Positions 1 to 9,720 of a stretch of 64,000 nucleotides of DNA are shown in pieces (within the stretch, counting starts at the first letter, position 1; every line of letters starts with the position of its first letter). The stretch is from an uncultured Methylomirabilota bacterium (GTDB lineage Bacteria > Methylomirabilota > Methylomirabilia > Methylomirabilales > 2-02-FULL-66-22): assembly GCA_963705305.1 (NCBI GenBank), contig OY970067.1, forward strand, positions 5,280,001 to 5,344,000, read 5' to 3'. A program made the position numbers and the translations under genes. The notes under the pieces were generated by a model. The model had not been told where the DNA came from. It saw only the letters and a program-made list of their open reading frames with translations, and did not search any database.

Positions 1-253
1 TGGCTCGATACGCCGCGATGGCCGCCGTCAGGGTTTCCGGATAGGAACCTTTGCGCAGTGGAACGACCACGTAGTCCTTTTGGCTGTCGTTGAACTTCTT
101 GACCAGATCGTTGACCCGCTCTTCCAGGGTCCCCGTCATGGCGTGCCAGAAGGTGACCTCGGTCGCCGCCAACGCACCGGAGACCCAACCCAGGAACACC
201 AGCAGCCCAACGACAAGACCGACGAGCCGCTTGAACCGGACCCGTCTGCACAT
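1..253 (-). CDS. ugpB: sn-glycerol-3-phosphate ABC transporter substrate-binding protein (5' part; runs off window start)
   Basis: Manual translation from ATG 253 (RBS GGAGGAGG): MCRRVRFKRLVGLVVGLLVFLGWVSGALAATEVTFWHAMTGTLEERVNDLVKKFNDSQKDYVVVPLRKGSYPETLTAAIAAYRA. Signal peptide plus the UgpB-like FWHxM...FN...KGxY...IAAxR N-terminus; lies next to glp genes. Not in ORF track. Confidence 0.85.
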   Translation of the reverse strand, partial: MCRRVRFKRLVGLVVGLLVFLGWVSGALAATEVTFWHAMTGTLEERVNDLVKKFNDSQKDYVVVPLRKGSYPETLTAAIAAYRA

Positions 254-399
254 GCCCGCCTCCTCCTCCCTGCCGGGAGTTACCGCCCAAGACACCTTTA
301 GATTCTCGTGCAAACCTCACCCGTCCGAGAAAAACAGCCGGCTTGGTGCCTTGGCGGTGAGGTATTTTCCCGTCCGTTCTCCGGCGCTGGCTCGGCGGC

Positions 400-1293
400 T
401 CAGCGCGCACCCGACCGCAGCCAGCGCAGCGCCCGGTCGGGAAAATCTGAGATGATCGCGTCGCCCAGCAGGGAGCCGACCCCCGCTTCCAGAAGACGCT
501 GCATCTCCGGCGGGTCGTTCACGGTCCAGGTCACCACCGGTATTCCCGCCCCGTGCAGCGTCCCCACCAGCTCGCCCGTGACCAGGCGGTAGTCCGGGGC
601 ATAGTAGTCGGCCCGGAGCGCTCGCACCAGCGCCACGGGATCCGACGGAACCTCCCGACTGCCGACCAGGAGCCCGGTCGGGATGCGGGGCTCCAGGCGC
701 TTCATCTTGGCAGGGGAGGGATGGTAAAAGGACTGGATGGATACCCGCCCGAGGAACTCAGTCTGGCGCAGGATGGCGAGGATGCGCTCCTCCAGATCCG
801 CCGGCTCCCCCTGGTGTCCCTTGGCGAACTTGATCTCGAGGGCGAGCCGGACGCGGGGGTCCCCGCTGGCCTTGACCAGCTGGATAACCTCCAGGAGCGT
901 GGGGATGCGCTCCCCCCGGAAGGCCGGAGCGAATTTGGCTCCGGCATCCAGCCGCTCGATCTCGGCGAGGGTGAGGTCGCCCACCCGCCCGTGACCATCG
1001 GTCGTGCGATCCACCGTGTCGTCATGGATGACGACGACGGCCCCGTCGCGCGTAGCCTGGAGGTCCATCTCCATGCCGTCCGCGCCGAGTTGGATGGCTT
1101 TCCGGAAGGCAGCCAGCGTGTTCTCGGGGGCCAACCCCGCGGCCCCCCGGTGACCCTGGATCAGGAGCCCGGGCGGAATCTGCCTGGTCGTCTCAGCTGC
1201 CATGGCTCCCCCTCGGACACCGGCCCATCCCCAGACTCCGTACAGGATGCCGAGGCCGGCAAGCATCCACCCTCCCACGGGATATCGCCGCAC
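400..1293 (-). CDS. glpQ: Glycerophosphodiester phosphodiesterase (GDPD family)
   Basis: GHRGAAGLAPENTLAAF, EMDLQATRDG, IHDDTVDRTT, EIK, WTVND motifs. Start GTG 1293 (signal-peptide-like N-terminus) or ATG 1203. Confidence 0.9.
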   Translation of the reverse strand: MRRYPVGGWMLAGLGILYGVWGWAGVRGGAMAAETTRQIPPGLLIQGHRGAAGLAPENTLAAFRKAIQLGADGMEMDLQATRDGAVVVIHDDTVDRTTDGHGRVGDLTLAEIERLDAGAKFAPAFRGERIPTLLEVIQLVKASGDPRVRLALEIKFAKGHQGEPADLEERILAILRQTEFLGRVSIQSFYHPSPAKMKRLEPRIPTGLLVGSREVPSDPVALVRALRADYYAPDYRLVTGELVGTLHGAGIPVVTWTVNDPPEMQRLLEAGVGSLLGDAIISDFPDRALRWLRSGAR

Positions 1294-1426
1294 GCCGGGG
1301 ACTATAGCACAAGCCCCCGGACGCCACCCTCGAAAACCCCATGGGTCGGCCCCGAAGTCATTCCCATCCGGATGTCACAGGTGGATGACCGCCGCATGAC
1401 TTCCGCGTGACGATTCCGCCCGCCCC

Positions 1427-3064
1427 TCAGCTGGTCCGGAATTGCTGCCCCAGGGCAATCTCCGCCAGGTACGCCTCGATCTCCTGCTGGGTGCGCTCCG
1501 GGCTCCACCCCCGGATCTCCCCCATCCAGCGGGCGATCGCCTCGCAGCAATCCCGGCCCTGGCAGCGGCTTGTCCCGATCCCGATGCGGCGCAGCAAGAA
1601 ATCCCGCAGTGTCTCGGCCCGCTCGTGCTCCAAGGCGTAGAGGAGCTGGGCGCGGATCTCCGGGTTGTGCCGGCAGAGGCGCTCCTTCAGCTCCGGCGAT
1701 TTCCCCGCCAGGGCCAGCACGCTCGGGTACCGACGTCCGTAGGTGGCGATCAGGGCCTGGATCTGCGTGGGCTCCAACCCGCTGCGGCGGGCCAGGTCCG
1801 AGACGTCCGCCCACAGGCGGACCTCGATGGTCTCCTCCCCATCCGAGCCGTCCAGGGCCAGGCGGTGGGTTCGGCACGAAACCGGATGCCCGAGGAGCCG
1901 GCCGACCCGGTCCACCGCCTCCTCCGCCAGGCTGCGGTAGCAGGTCAGCTTGGTTCCGGTGATGGTGAGGAAGCTGCCGCCCTCCCCCTCCGGAACCACC
2001 GTGTGCTGGCGGGAGACGGCGGAGGCCGACTTGCCCTCCTGGAAGGTCAGGGGGCGGACACCGGCATACGTGTAGGCGATATCCTGCTCCTGGACGCCGG
2101 CCCCCGGCAGGGCCCGCTGCGCCTCCTGCAGCAGGTACGCCACCTCCTCCCGGGTGGCGGCCAGCCGGTCCAGGTCGCCGTCGAAATCTGTATCCGTCGT
2201 CCCCACCAGCGAGAGGTCGCGCCAGGGAATCACGAAGAACATCCGGTCGTCCTGCTGGGCCGCGACGTACACGGCGTGATCCGTGATGCGCGGCAGCAGC
2301 AGGTGGACCCCCTTGGTGGTCCGGAGACAGCGCCGCCCCCCGTCCACGCCGGCCAGCCGCCGCACCTGATCGGCCCAGGGACCCGTCGCATTGACCACGA
2401 CCCGGGCCGTCACCCGCGCCAAGGCGCCGGTCAGCGTGCCCCGCACCTCGATCGTCCAGGCCGGGCCCGCCCCCGCGGCGGATGCCGGCGTGATCGCCGT
2501 CACCTCGGCGGCGTTGAACACCACCGCCCCCCACCGCTGGGCGGACAGGACATTCTCCAGGCACAGCCGCTCCGGCGAGAGCAGGAGATCGTCGAAGTAA
2601 TAGCCGGCGCCGAGCAGGTCCCGCGGCTCCAGGTGCTGCTCGAGCTGCAGGGCCTCGTTCCGGGAGATCGTCCGGTAGTGCTCGGTGCGCTTGCCGGGCG
2701 TGAGCAGGTCATACAGCTTCATGCCCATCCGGATCATGATCATGCCCCGCTTGGCCCCCCGGTAGACCGGGATGACGAAGGGCAGCGGGCGCACCAAGTG
2801 CGTGGCCAGCCGCTGGAGGCGCTCGCGCTCTCTGAGCGATTCCCGCACCAGGCCGAAATCGTACAGCTCCAGATAGCGAAGCCCTCCATGCACCAGCTTG
2901 GAGGAGCGGCTGGTCGTCCCGTAGGCAAAATCCGTCCGTTCCAGGAGCAGCGTCCGGTATCCGCGCAGGGCGGCGTCCCTGGCGATGCCGGCTCCGGCCA
3001 TGCCGCCGCCGATGACCGCCAGGTCGAATGGGCGCCCGTGAATCTGTTCCAAGCCGTTCAGCAT
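1427..3064 (-). CDS. glpD: FAD-dependent glycerol-3-phosphate dehydrogenase
   Basis: True start MLNGLEQ at 3064 inside the longer ORF; GGGMAGAG FAD motif, GTTSRSSKLVHGGLRYLE, NATGPWAD, GTTD, YAGVRPL. Confidence 0.92.
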   Translation of the reverse strand: MLNGLEQIHGRPFDLAVIGGGMAGAGIARDAALRGYRTLLLERTDFAYGTTSRSSKLVHGGLRYLELYDFGLVRESLRERERLQRLATHLVRPLPFVIPVYRGAKRGMIMIRMGMKLYDLLTPGKRTEHYRTISRNEALQLEQHLEPRDLLGAGYYFDDLLLSPERLCLENVLSAQRWGAVVFNAAEVTAITPASAAGAGPAWTIEVRGTLTGALARVTARVVVNATGPWADQVRRLAGVDGGRRCLRTTKGVHLLLPRITDHAVYVAAQQDDRMFFVIPWRDLSLVGTTDTDFDGDLDRLAATREEVAYLLQEAQRALPGAGVQEQDIAYTYAGVRPLTFQEGKSASAVSRQHTVVPEGEGGSFLTITGTKLTCYRSLAEEAVDRVGRLLGHPVSCRTHRLALDGSDGEETIEVRLWADVSDLARRSGLEPTQIQALIATYGRRYPSVLALAGKSPELKERLCRHNPEIRAQLLYALEHERAETLRDFLLRRIGIGTSRCQGRDCCEAIARWMGEIRGWSPERTQQEIEAYLAEIALGQQFRTS

Positions 3065-3072
3065 TCGCCGAC

Positions 3073-3666
3073 CTATGCCCCGGGCCGCCGCAGGCTCCAC
3101 AGGCTGCGCTCCCCCGTCGAGACCGCGACCGCGCCGGCGGCGAGTATCTCCTCCACTTGGCGGGGGGTCCGGATGAGCCCGCCGGCGATCACCGGCGGCA
3201 AGCCCGCGGCCTTCAAACGGGAGGCAACCAAGGGCAGGATCACCCCCGGCAGGACTTCCACCGCGTCGGGGGCGGCCCGCGCCACGGAGGGCAGACCTGT
3301 TTCCAGCGATTCCGAATCCAGCACGAAGAGGCGTTGGATGGCGATCAGCCCTTCCCGCCTGGCGGGCCCGATCAGGTTCGCCCGCGTCGTCAGGATGCCA
3401 TCCACGTGGAGGCCCTGGGCCAGGAAGCGGACACCGGCCTCGTCCCGCCCGACGCCTTTGATCAGATCCACATGGGCCAGCAGCAGCCGGCCCTCGGCGT
3501 GAGCCCTGGCCGCGCTCTCCTGGAGGGCAAAGATATCCTCTCCCAGGATGAAGAGGACGCCCACCCCGCCCTGGATGGCCGCCCCCACATCCGCCGAGCG
3601 GCGCAGCCCGGCCACCACCGGCCGGGCCTTGAGGGCCTCGAAGAAACGCGTGCGGCTGTCGGCCAT
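3073..3666 (-). CDS. glpP: Glycerol-3-phosphate-responsive antiterminator
   Basis: HVDLIKG, DGILTT, IQRLFVLDS, EVLPG, IAGGLI, GAVAVSTG motifs typical of GlpP; glp context. Confidence 0.9.
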   Translation of the reverse strand: MADSRTRFFEALKARPVVAGLRRSADVGAAIQGGVGVLFILGEDIFALQESAARAHAEGRLLLAHVDLIKGVGRDEAGVRFLAQGLHVDGILTTRANLIGPARREGLIAIQRLFVLDSESLETGLPSVARAAPDAVEVLPGVILPLVASRLKAAGLPPVIAGGLIRTPRQVEEILAAGAVAVSTGERSLWSLRRPGA

Positions 3667-3680
3667 GCTCTTTCTCCGTA

Positions 3681-3750
3681 AACAAAAAGTCCTAACAAAA
3701 GACGATCACTCGGATCGCCCCTCGTTAGGACTTTCTCAGTCTCTCCGCCC
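3681..3750 (-). terminator. GlpP-type leader terminator/attenuator upstream of glpP
   Basis: Minus strand GGCGGAGAGACUGAG-AAAGUCCUAACGAGGGGCGAUC-CGAGU-GAUCGUCUUUUGUUAGGACUUU-UUGUUU: 22-bp stem whose G-U pairs only work on this strand, 5-nt loop, U-rich tail. Confidence 0.8.
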
Positions 3751-3794
3751 CGGCGAGGATCCCGATCTATCCTGCCCTTCCCGGATCGGGTCGT

Positions 3795-3823
3795 ACTCTA
3801 TGCCGACCCTCCCGGCATGTCAA
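3795..3823 (-). promoter_or_regulatory. sigma70-type promoter of glp operon
   Basis: TTGACA (3823-3818), 17-nt spacer, TAGAGT (3800-3795); lies upstream of the leader terminator. Confidence 0.7.
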
Positions 3824-3825
3824 AG

Positions 3826-3870
3826 AAAAAAGGGGCCGGAGAGCACGTGGGGTAGCCTCTCCCGCCCCCT
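3826..3870 (-). terminator. Intrinsic-terminator-like hairpin with T run just upstream of glp promoter
   Basis: Minus strand GGGGCGGGAGAG...CTCTCCGGCCCC followed by a T run. Confidence 0.45.
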
Positions 3871-4104
3871 CTGCCGGGTTGGGGAGGAAAAATTCACTGG
3901 GCAACCACATTTCGCTTGACACCGCTGATTCGGAGGGGATATGTGAGACGATGCTCCAGGTCTGACCGTCACGCCGCAGAGGGGGTCCCCGCGCGAACCC
4001 GGTGACGGCAGGTGCACTGCTCGGCTCAAGAGCATCTCCCTGATTTGAAGCGGCTGTTCAAGAGGATCGGCGCAACGGGAAACCAAGGGGAGAGGGAGGA
4101 GCTT

Positions 4105-5367
4105 ATGCCAATGCAGACCTTCTCAGGGAAAATCCATCGCCGCACGTTCCTCAAGGGTGCCGCAGCGGCCGGCGTCTTGCAAGTCACGTCTCCGTTCGTC
4201 ATCAGCGCGCGCGGCGAGACCCCGCTCCGCATCGGCATGATCGATCCGCTCACCGGGGCCTATGCGGCACCCGCCCAGAACGAGGTGACCGGCGCCAAGC
4301 TCGCCGTCGCGCAGATCAACGCCAAGGGTGGAATTCTCGGCCGCCCGGTCGAACTGCTTGTCGAGGATTCGGCGAACGACTCCGGCACCGGCGTCCAGAA
4401 GGCGCACAAGCTGATCGACCGCGATCAGGTGATGTTTCTCATCGGGGATGTGAACTCGGCGGTCGCCCTGGCGCTCGCCCAGGTCACCAGCCAGAAGAAG
4501 ATGCTGCACATTATCCCGGGCGGCCATACCGACCCGATCACCGGGACGGACTGTCACTGGAACGTGTATCGCGTGTGCAACTCCACGCGGACGGTGGCCA
4601 ACGCGGTCGCGAACCGGCTGTACAAGAAATACGGCAAGAGGTGGCACTTCATCACGCCGGACTACGCCTTCGGCCACACGCTGCAGCAGGGCTTCGCGAT
4701 CAACCTCAAGAATTTCGGCGGCACCGCCACCGGGAACGAGCTCGCCCCACTCGGGACCACCGACTTCTCCGCCTATCTGATCAAGGCGCGCGCCGCCAAG
4801 CCCAACGTCATCCTCGTGCTGGTCCAAGGCCAGGACATGGTCAATTGCATGAAGCAGATCGTCCAGTTCGGCATCAACAAGCAGATTCCGATTTCCGGGG
4901 GCTATACCGAGCTCGAGGATGTGGAGGCGGAGCCGCCCGAGGCGCGATTCGGGAACTGGATGCTCGAGTGGTACTGGCAGCAGCCCGGGGTTCCGCACGT
5001 CAAGGAGTTCGTGGCCGAGATCCGCAAGGTGAACGGCGGCAAGGTGCCCACCGCGCGCCACTGGTTTGGGTACGCGGCGGCCTCCACCATCGGGTTGATC
5101 GCCAACCAGGAGAAGAGTATCGACTCCCTCAAGCTCGCCCGGGCGCTGGGCGGCTTCGAGTTGCCGCCAGAGGTGAAGCTTCAGCCCAACAAGGTGTACT
5201 ACCGCGCAGGCGACCACCAGCTCATCATCTCGGCCTTCCTCGGGGAGGTGGTGGCGAAGGGCAAGGACGACCCCGGGGATCTGTTCCACGTGGACGACGT
5301 GGTGGCCGGCGACAAGACGGCACTGCCAGTGACCGAGACTGGCTGCAAGCTCCAGTGGCCGGCCTAG
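4105..5367 (+). CDS. HAAT/Liv-family ABC transporter substrate-binding protein with Tat signal
   Basis: ATG after GGAGG; HRRTFLK twin-arginine motif; RIGMIDPLTG, INAKGGILGRPVEL, DYAFG, PLGTTDFS. Confidence 0.88.
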   Translation: MPMQTFSGKIHRRTFLKGAAAAGVLQVTSPFVISARGETPLRIGMIDPLTGAYAAPAQNEVTGAKLAVAQINAKGGILGRPVELLVEDSANDSGTGVQKAHKLIDRDQVMFLIGDVNSAVALALAQVTSQKKMLHIIPGGHTDPITGTDCHWNVYRVCNSTRTVANAVANRLYKKYGKRWHFITPDYAFGHTLQQGFAINLKNFGGTATGNELAPLGTTDFSAYLIKARAAKPNVILVLVQGQDMVNCMKQIVQFGINKQIPISGGYTELEDVEAEPPEARFGNWMLEWYWQQPGVPHVKEFVAEIRKVNGGKVPTARHWFGYAAASTIGLIANQEKSIDSLKLARALGGFELPPEVKLQPNKVYYRAGDHQLIISAFLGEVVAKGKDDPGDLFHVDDVVAGDKTALPVTETGCKLQWPA

Positions 5368-5385
5368 CGCGCATGCGTGACTGAC

Positions 5386-5424
5386 CACCACGAGCACGCG
5401 GCCCCCGGTCGCGTGCTCGTGGTG
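5386..5424 (+). other. Strong intercistronic hairpin after SBP gene (likely mRNA-stabilising or partial terminator)
   Basis: CACCACGAGCACGCG / CGCGTGCTCGTGGTG perfect 15-bp inverted repeat; no long U tail. Confidence 0.6.
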
Positions 5425-5498
5425 TTGTCGGGAAGCCCTTCGGCGGCGATCGGTGGGACGGCGCAGACCGTGCGCCCGGAACACACAGGCTCTGCCCC

Positions 5499-6368
5499 AT
5501 GACGCAACTCCTGCTCTTCAATGTCACCAACGGGCTGATCATCGGGACCTTCTACGTGCTGATGTCGCTCGGTTTGGCGCTCATCCTCAACCTCAGTGGC
5601 GTGATCAACTTCGCCCATGGCGGCTTCCTGGTCCTGGGCGGCTACCTTGCGTACACCCTGACTCCCTATCTGGGCTTCTGGGGATCGCTCCTGGCCTCGC
5701 CGCTGCTCACCGCCGTCATCGGACTCGCCATCGAGCGCCTGATGATCCGCAGACTCTACGGGCGCGATCCCCTCTATAGCTTGCTGCTGACGTTTGGCCT
5801 TGCCTACATCTTCGAGGACGGGACGCGCTTCCTCTGGGGGGCGCAGGGCCTTCCAGTGACGATCCCCGCGGTCTTGGGTCAACCCATGAGCGCCGAGTTC
5901 TTCTTCCTCACCGGCTACCGGTTGTTCATGATCGGCATCGTGGCTGCGACAGTCCTGCTGGTCTTCGTTCTCCTGCGCCGCACCCGCATCGGCGTTCGCA
6001 TCCGGGCGGGGACACTCGACCTCGAGACGGTGGCCGCGCTCGGCATCAACGTGGGGCGGCTGCGCGCGCTGAATTTTGGGGTGGGGATCTTTCTGGCCGG
6101 ACTGAGCGGGGTGCTGGCCGGCGGCCAGCTCGGGCTCGAGCCAACCATGGGCGCCGGCCTGCTCATGCCGAGCTTCATCGCCATCATCGTGGGAGGCGTG
6201 GGGAGCCTCCCCGGGACGCTGCTCGGAGGACTCCTGATCGGCGTGGCCTCGGGCGTCACCGCCGTCTACTTCCCCTCGGGGAGCGAAGCCGTGATGTACG
6301 TGCTCATGGCCGTGGTGCTGCTCATCCGACCGCGCGGATTGCTGGGCGAGGAAGGCATGCTGACATGA
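5499..6368 (+). CDS. Branched-chain amino acid ABC permease (LivH-like)
   Basis: NGLIIGTFY, INFAHG, IIVGGVGSLPG, RPRGLLG; hydrophobic. Confidence 0.9.
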   Translation: MTQLLLFNVTNGLIIGTFYVLMSLGLALILNLSGVINFAHGGFLVLGGYLAYTLTPYLGFWGSLLASPLLTAVIGLAIERLMIRRLYGRDPLYSLLLTFGLAYIFEDGTRFLWGAQGLPVTIPAVLGQPMSAEFFFLTGYRLFMIGIVAATVLLVFVLLRRTRIGVRIRAGTLDLETVAALGINVGRLRALNFGVGIFLAGLSGVLAGGQLGLEPTMGAGLLMPSFIAIIVGGVGSLPGTLLGGLLIGVASGVTAVYFPSGSEAVMYVLMAVVLLIRPRGLLGEEGMLT

Positions 6369-7324
6369 AGGGTCGGGGACTGACGACGAACCAGATCACA
6401 CTGGGTGGCCTGTGGGCTGCGCTGCTGCTGGCACCCTACTGGATGCCCTGGGTCGGTGGCTATACAGCGCTGGGCACGCGGGTGCTCGTGCTCGGCCTCG
6501 CGGCCATGTCGGTCAATTTCCTGCTGGGATTCACCGGCATGCTCTCGTTCGGCCATGCGGCCTACTTCGGGCTCGGTGCGTACGGCGCCGGTCTCTGCCT
6601 GAAGCTGCTGGTGGCGAGCACGCCGCTCGCGCTCTTGATCGGCACGCTCACGGGCGGCATTGCCGGCGCAGTGCTCGGCGCGCTCATCGTACGCCGGCGC
6701 GGCATCTACTTCGCCATGGTGACGATCGCGTTCGGGGAGGTGTTCTATTACATCGCCTTCCAGTGGAGCACCCTCACCGGAGGGGACGACGGGTTGCGCG
6801 GCTTCTCGCGCCAGCCCCTCCATTTCGGGCCGTTCACCGTCGACATCCTGAACAACGGCGTCGTCTTCTACTATTTCGTTTTGGTGTGCTTCACCGTCAC
6901 CATCGGCCTCATGGCCTTCCTCCTGCGCTCGCCGTTCGGCCACACCATGATCGCGATCCGCGAGAACGAGCGCCGCGCCCGCTTCCTGGGGATCCCCATC
7001 GAGCGGCACATCTGGATCGCCTTCACGCTGTCATGCTTCTTCATCAGTCTGGCCGGATCGCTCTACGCGCTCCTCAACAATTTCGCCGATCCGAAAGGGC
7101 TGCATTACGATCTTTCGGGCAACCTGGTGATCATGGCGGTGATGGGCGGCATGCGCAGCTTCTGGGGGCCGCTCCTGGGCGCCGCCATCTTTGTGGTCCT
7201 GCAAGACTTCCTGTCAAGCCTTACCACCAACTGGATGTCTTTCGTCGGCGCGCTGTTCGTGCTGGTCGTCCTGTTCTTCCCCCGGGGGGTGCTCGGAGTC
7301 CTGCGCCGAAGGGGCGAGGCGTGA
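6365..7324 (+). CDS. Branched-chain amino acid ABC permease (LivM-like)
   Basis: SFGHAAYFGLGAY, YFAMVTIAF, TGGDDG, AIRENE, FFPRG. Confidence 0.9.
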   Translation: MKGRGLTTNQITLGGLWAALLLAPYWMPWVGGYTALGTRVLVLGLAAMSVNFLLGFTGMLSFGHAAYFGLGAYGAGLCLKLLVASTPLALLIGTLTGGIAGAVLGALIVRRRGIYFAMVTIAFGEVFYYIAFQWSTLTGGDDGLRGFSRQPLHFGPFTVDILNNGVVFYYFVLVCFTVTIGLMAFLLRSPFGHTMIAIRENERRARFLGIPIERHIWIAFTLSCFFISLAGSLYALLNNFADPKGLHYDLSGNLVIMAVMGGMRSFWGPLLGAAIFVVLQDFLSSLTTNWMSFVGALFVLVVLFFPRGVLGVLRRRGEA

Positions 7325-8070
7325 GCCTTATCGAGGTCAAGAACCTCAGCAAGATGTTCGGCAGGCTCCCCGCGGTCCATGATGTGTCGCTCCGCGTGGC
7401 TGCAGGGGAGCTCCGCGCTGTGATCGGGCCCAACGGGGCCGGCAAGACCACTTTCTTCAACCTCGTCAGCGGCCTGGTCTCGCCGACCGCCGGCACCATC
7501 GTGTACGACGGCCGCGACATCACCAGGCTGCCCGCCCACATGCGAGTGGCGCTGGGCATTGCGCGCACGTTTCAGATTACTGAGATCTTCCCCGAGCTCA
7601 GCGTATTCGAAAACGTGCGGATCGGGGCAGAGGTCACTGCGGGCTATCGTCTGCGACCCTGGATCAGCCGGGCGGAGCAGTCGGATCTGCGTCGTCGCGT
7701 CGAGAAGACGCTGGTGCAGGCGGGCCTCGAGGCCAAATCGGACCAGCTCGTGGGCGAGCTGGCCCACGGGGATCAGCGGGCAACCGAGATCGCCATGGCT
7801 CTGTCGCTCGAACCTCACCTCCTGCTGCTGGATGAGCCGACCGCCGGAATGGGCGATCAAGAGACGTACCAGATCATCCAGCTCATCCGCCGGCTGCACG
7901 GCGGAGGCGCGCTTACGATCATCCTGATCGAGCACGACATGCGCGTCGTTTTCCACCTTGCCGATCGCATCAGCGTGCTCGATCAGGGCGCGCTCCTCGC
8001 CGAGGGCACGCCGAAGGAAATCGCCGAAAACGGGGCCGTACAGGCCGCCTATCTGGGCAAGGCCACATGA
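7321..8070 (+). CDS. ABC ATP-binding protein (LivG-like)
   Basis: GTG start overlapping upstream TGA; GPNGAGKTT, ARTFQ, LLDEP, IEHDM. Confidence 0.9.
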   Translation: MSLIEVKNLSKMFGRLPAVHDVSLRVAAGELRAVIGPNGAGKTTFFNLVSGLVSPTAGTIVYDGRDITRLPAHMRVALGIARTFQITEIFPELSVFENVRIGAEVTAGYRLRPWISRAEQSDLRRRVEKTLVQAGLEAKSDQLVGELAHGDQRATEIAMALSLEPHLLLLDEPTAGMGDQETYQIIQLIRRLHGGGALTIILIEHDMRVVFHLADRISVLDQGALLAEGTPKEIAENGAVQAAYLGKAT

Positions 8071-8828
8071 GCAGCGCACTCGAGGCCGAAGGGCTTCATA
8101 CGTTCTACGGCAAGAGCCACATCCTCCACGGAGTGGGCCTGCAGGTCGCCGAAGGCTCGATCACGGCCCTCCTCGGCCGCAATGGGGCGGGAAAGACCAC
8201 GACCCTGCGCAGCCTGATGGGCCTGACGCCCCCGCGGGAGGGGCGGATCAAGATCTTCGGGATCGAGACCACGCGATGGCCGACCTTTCAGATCGCCGCG
8301 CAGGGCGTCGGGTATGTTCCGGAGGGACGGCGGGTATTCCCCAACTTGACGGTCGAGGAGAACCTCAGGGTGCCGCTGGACCGCGGCGGCCCGTGGACGA
8401 TCGAGCGGATCTTCCAGCTCTTCCCGCGGCTCGCCGAGCGCAGGCAGAGTCGCGGGCGTCAGCTCTCGGGCGGCGAGCAGGAAATGCTGGCCATCGCCCG
8501 CGCCCTGCTGGTCAATCCCAAGCTCCTGATCCTCGACGAGCCGTCGCAGGGGCTGGCCCCGCTGATTATGCGCGAGGTGTTTCGCGTCGTTGCCCAGATG
8601 CGCCGGGAAGGGATCTCCGTTCTGCTCGTGGAGCAGAACGTGCGCCTGAGCCTGGATATCGCGGACCACGCCTACGTGCTGGACGACGGCGCCGTGGTCT
8701 TTTCCGGGACGGCTCAGGAGCTCGGCGCGGACGAGGCGCGGATGGCGGTGCTGGCTGGCGCCAGCGCCGAGGAGTGGACCCCCGCCGACCGGACGAACCG
8801 GGCATTCCAATCGCCTCCCAGCGGTTGA
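8067..8828 (+). CDS. ABC ATP-binding protein (LivF-like)
   Basis: GRNGAGKTT, VPEGRRVF, LSGGEQ, LDEPS, VEQN. Confidence 0.9.
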   Translation: MSSALEAEGLHTFYGKSHILHGVGLQVAEGSITALLGRNGAGKTTTLRSLMGLTPPREGRIKIFGIETTRWPTFQIAAQGVGYVPEGRRVFPNLTVEENLRVPLDRGGPWTIERIFQLFPRLAERRQSRGRQLSGGEQEMLAIARALLVNPKLLILDEPSQGLAPLIMREVFRVVAQMRREGISVLLVEQNVRLSLDIADHAYVLDDGAVVFSGTAQELGADEARMAVLAGASAEEWTPADRTNRAFQSPPSG

Positions 8829-8962
8829 CGCCCTCCTGCCAACGATCACCTCGCGTCTCGCTCCCCTAACTTCCCGTCAATTCAGCCGTCATAACTAGTT
8901 TTCCCTTGGCAAGGCTTGCAGGGCTATGGTAACGTTTTCCAGTTATCCTGGAGGGTCGGAAC

Positions 8963-9712
8963 ATGTCTGGACACAGCAAGTGGGCCGGCATTAAGCACAA
9001 GAAGGCCAAGGTGGACGCCCAGCGGGGTCGGGTCTTCACCAAGCTCATCCGCGAGATCACGGTCGCCGCCCGCGTGGGGGGCGGGGACCCGGGGGGCAAC
9101 CCCCGGCTGCGGACCGCCATCCTGGCGGCCAAGGCCGTGAACATGCCGGCCGACAACATCGACCGGGCCATCAAGAAAGGCACCGGCGAGCTGGAGGGGG
9201 TCTCCTACGAGGAGATCACCTACGAGGGCTACGGCCCCGGCGGCGTGGCGGTCCTGGCCGAAGTCCTGACCGATAACCGGAACCGCACGGTCGGCGAGGT
9301 CCGGAAGATGTTCTCCCGCCACGGCGGGAATCTGGGCGAGGCGGGCTGCGTGGCCTTCCTCTTCGACAAGAAGGGCTACCTCCAGGTGGAGGCCGCCAAG
9401 GTGGACGAAGACAAGCTGCTCTCGATCGCCCTGGAGTCCGGGGCGGAGGACATGCAGCGGGAAGAGAGCGTCTTCGCCATCACCACGGCGCCGCGCGACT
9501 TCGAGAAGGTGCGCGAGGCGCTGGTGAAGAGCGGCATCCAGCCCCACTCCGGAGAGATCACCATGCTTCCCAAGAGCACGGTGGCCCTGGATGGCAAGGC
9601 CGCCGAGCAGATGCTGCGGCTGATGGAGGAGCTGGAGGACCACGACGACGTCCAGCACGTCTACGCGAACTTCGACATTCCCGAGGAGATCATGGCGGCG
9701 ATGACCGCCTAG
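8963..9712 (+). CDS. yebC: YebC/PmpR family protein
   Basis: [36 protein letters not shown]; canonical position before ruvC. Confidence 0.95.
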   Translation: MSGHSKWAGIKHKKAKVDAQRGRVFTKLIREITVAARVGGGDPGGNPRLRTAILAAKAVNMPADNIDRAIKKGTGELEGVSYEEITYEGYGPGGVAVLAEVLTDNRNRTVGEVRKMFSRHGGNLGEAGCVAFLFDKKGYLQVEAAKVDEDKLLSIALESGAEDMQREESVFAITTAPRDFEKVREALVKSGIQPHSGEITMLPKSTVALDGKAAEQMLRLMEELEDHDDVQHVYANFDIPEEIMAAMTA

Positions 9713-9720
9713 CCCGGCGC

